Below, piece after piece: positions 62,577 through 64,000 of a DNA stretch of 64,000 nt. This stretch comes from an uncultured delta proteobacterium (lineage in GTDB: Bacteria; Desulfobacterota; Desulfuromonadia; Geobacterales; Pseudopelobacteraceae). The translations under genes were made by a program, and so were the position numbers. The notes under the pieces are model-generated. The model was given only the letters and a program-made list of their open reading frames with translations. It ran no database searches and was not told the DNA's origin. Each line of letters begins with the position of its first letter. Position 1 is the stretch's first letter. The DNA is taken from positions 96,001 through 160,000 of the forward strand of contig CAVYYZ010000008.1 of the NCBI GenBank assembly GCA_963772835.1, in the 5' to 3' direction.

Positions 62577-64000
62577 ATGGGGAAAGAATCCTTTATTGAA
62601 TATTTGAGAGGTGTATCGGCTGAGAATAGTGGCAAGCCGTCAGCATACTCAAAAGCAATGGAAGTGATTGAAGAAACATTTTTTTCTAAAGCACTTACCG
62701 CAACTACTGATGTCTGGAATTTTATCACAGTAGAAAATATCGATGCGCTTTACGAAGTTGTATTGAGAGAGCAAAGAAATGAAAATGGAATATTTAAGGA
62801 TTACAAGCCTCCAAGTTATTGGAGAGACGGTTATTGCTCTGCAGCATTAAAAGAGTACAAACAATTTTTACAGCGAAATCGTCAACCAGAACATCGTACG
62901 CAACTGCCCGCACATTCTATGCTTATTCCATCAGAATCTGAGACTATTTTTCTTCCCAAACCTTTCCTTCTCCTGGCCGGTATCTCAGGCACCGGAAAAA
63001 CCCGATTCGTTCGCGAACAGGCAAATGCTTCAGCTTCACTTTTCAGCTTACCAGAAGGCGATAACTACTGCCTTGTCCCCGTTCGTCCAGATTGGCACGA
63101 ACCATCCGATCTTCTTGGCTATATCTCCCGCATTGGCTGTGATGGCCCCCGCTATGTAGTTACAGATCTGCTCCGCTTCATTGTGGCAGCTTGGAAATAT
63201 ACTGCAGAAACCGCATCCGCTGCAGGGATAATCTATAAACCATTCGACACTGTGTGTCCTTATTGGCTTTGCCTTGACGAGATGAACCTGGCTCCGGTTG
63301 AGCAGTATTTCGCTGATTATCTGTCCATTCTTGAAACCCGCAAATGGGAGAATGGTGCCTATTCATGTGATCCTCTACTCAAGTCGGCAGTAATTAAGCA
63401 GCAGCTTGACGAAGTAGGTCAGATCGATTTATGGAAAAGGCTGGGTATCGATGATGTCGAATCTGCCGGACTGGTAGAGTTTTTTACAGAATATGGAATC
63501 GCGCTGCCTCCCAATCTAATCGTGGCCGGCACGGTTAATATGGATGAGACCACTCATGGCTTTTCACGCAAGGTTATTGATAGGGCCCTGACTTTTGATT
63601 TCGGCGAGTTCTTCCCTAATGATTATGGCCAGTATTACGAAGCTGACAAACTGCAGTCAGTCAGACCGCTCGGCTTTCCACGTATGTCAGGAGTGCACCA
63701 TGAAGATGCTCTTGCTTCAGTATCTGCTGACAGGGACGGTCGAAATACAATCCGCTTTTTGAATGCAGTCAATGGAATCCTTAGAGATACTCCCTTCGAG
63801 CTTGCCTATCGTGCTTTGAATGAAGCCTTGCTCTCAGTTGTCTGTTTCAATCCTGCTGATGAAATCCAATTGCAGGCGGTCTGGGATGACTTTTTGATGA
63901 TGAAAGTCCTCCCAAGGATTGAGGGTGATGCAGAAAAACTGGGCTATGAAGGCGAGGATACCGGACGGTTGATTGAATTATCACAGCTTCTGAAGATGGA
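62577..64000 (+). CDS. McrB-family AAA+ GTPase (runs off the window; absent from the ORF track)
   Basis: Open frame from ATG 62577: LAGISGTGKT, VPVRPDW, LDEMNLA..EQYFAD.LS, GTVNMDETT..FS.KVIDRA, KVLPRIEG. Confidence 0.9.
   Translation, partial: MGKESFIEYLRGVSAENSGKPSAYSKAMEVIEETFFSKALTATTDVWNFITVENIDALYEVVLREQRNENGIFKDYKPPSYWRDGYCSAALKEYKQFLQRNRQPEHRTQLPAHSMLIPSESETIFLPKPFLLLAGISGTGKTRFVREQANASASLFSLPEGDNYCLVPVRPDWHEPSDLLGYISRIGCDGPRYVVTDLLRFIVAAWKYTAETASAAGIIYKPFDTVCPYWLCLDEMNLAPVEQYFADYLSILETRKWENGAYSCDPLLKSAVIKQQLDEVGQIDLWKRLGIDDVESAGLVEFFTEYGIALPPNLIVAGTVNMDETTHGFSRKVIDRALTFDFGEFFPNDYGQYYEADKLQSVRPLGFPRMSGVHHEDALASVSADRDGRNTIRFLNAVNGILRDTPFELAYRALNEALLSVVCFNPADEIQLQAVWDDFLMMKVLPRIEGDAEKLGYEGEDTGRLIELSQLLKM

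Larger units (their letters stand above)
57907..64000. mobile_element. tRNA-integrated genomic/defence island (continues beyond the window)
   Basis: att-like tRNA fragment, abrupt switch to TA and restriction cargo, gene stubs, AT-rich stretches; no integrase in the window. Confidence 0.75.

Overview
Bacterial chromosome segment. Gene content and order point to a Geobacteraceae/Desulfuromonadia organism (inferred, not searched). Bases ~1-57,900 are mostly core genome: M23 peptidase, an integron-integrase remnant, mutM, recA-pilT-recX-alaS, a hybrid kinase, argB-D-F-G-[Nudix]-[unannotated nitrilase-fold protein]-argH, exeA/gspB-like genes, an LptM-like lipoprotein, the split F0 operon atpZ-I-B-E, hemL, a complete nuoA-N operon with HydB-like NuoF, prmC, hpt, rhomboid, NRDE/TANGO2-acpH, pfkA, an orphan merA in a thiol/redox cluster, aconitase, glpK and lexA with its own operator. 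At ~57,907 a degenerate tRNA(Phe-like) 3' fragment, a terminator and direct repeats mark the left edge of an integrated element that runs past the window end. That element carries two antitoxins without intact toxins (AbiEi-type and HTH-MNT), ~30-codon stubs of a HEPN-like gene and of vsr, a Schlafen/AlbA_2-ATPase protein and a McrB-family GTPase, most of them chained by overlapping stop/start codons. The best novelty candidates are that chained defence operon, the Nudix-nitrilase pair inside the arg operon, the TANGO2-AcpH coupling and the CxxC-bearing LptM-like lipoprotein. All calls come from reading motifs by eye; no database searches were run.
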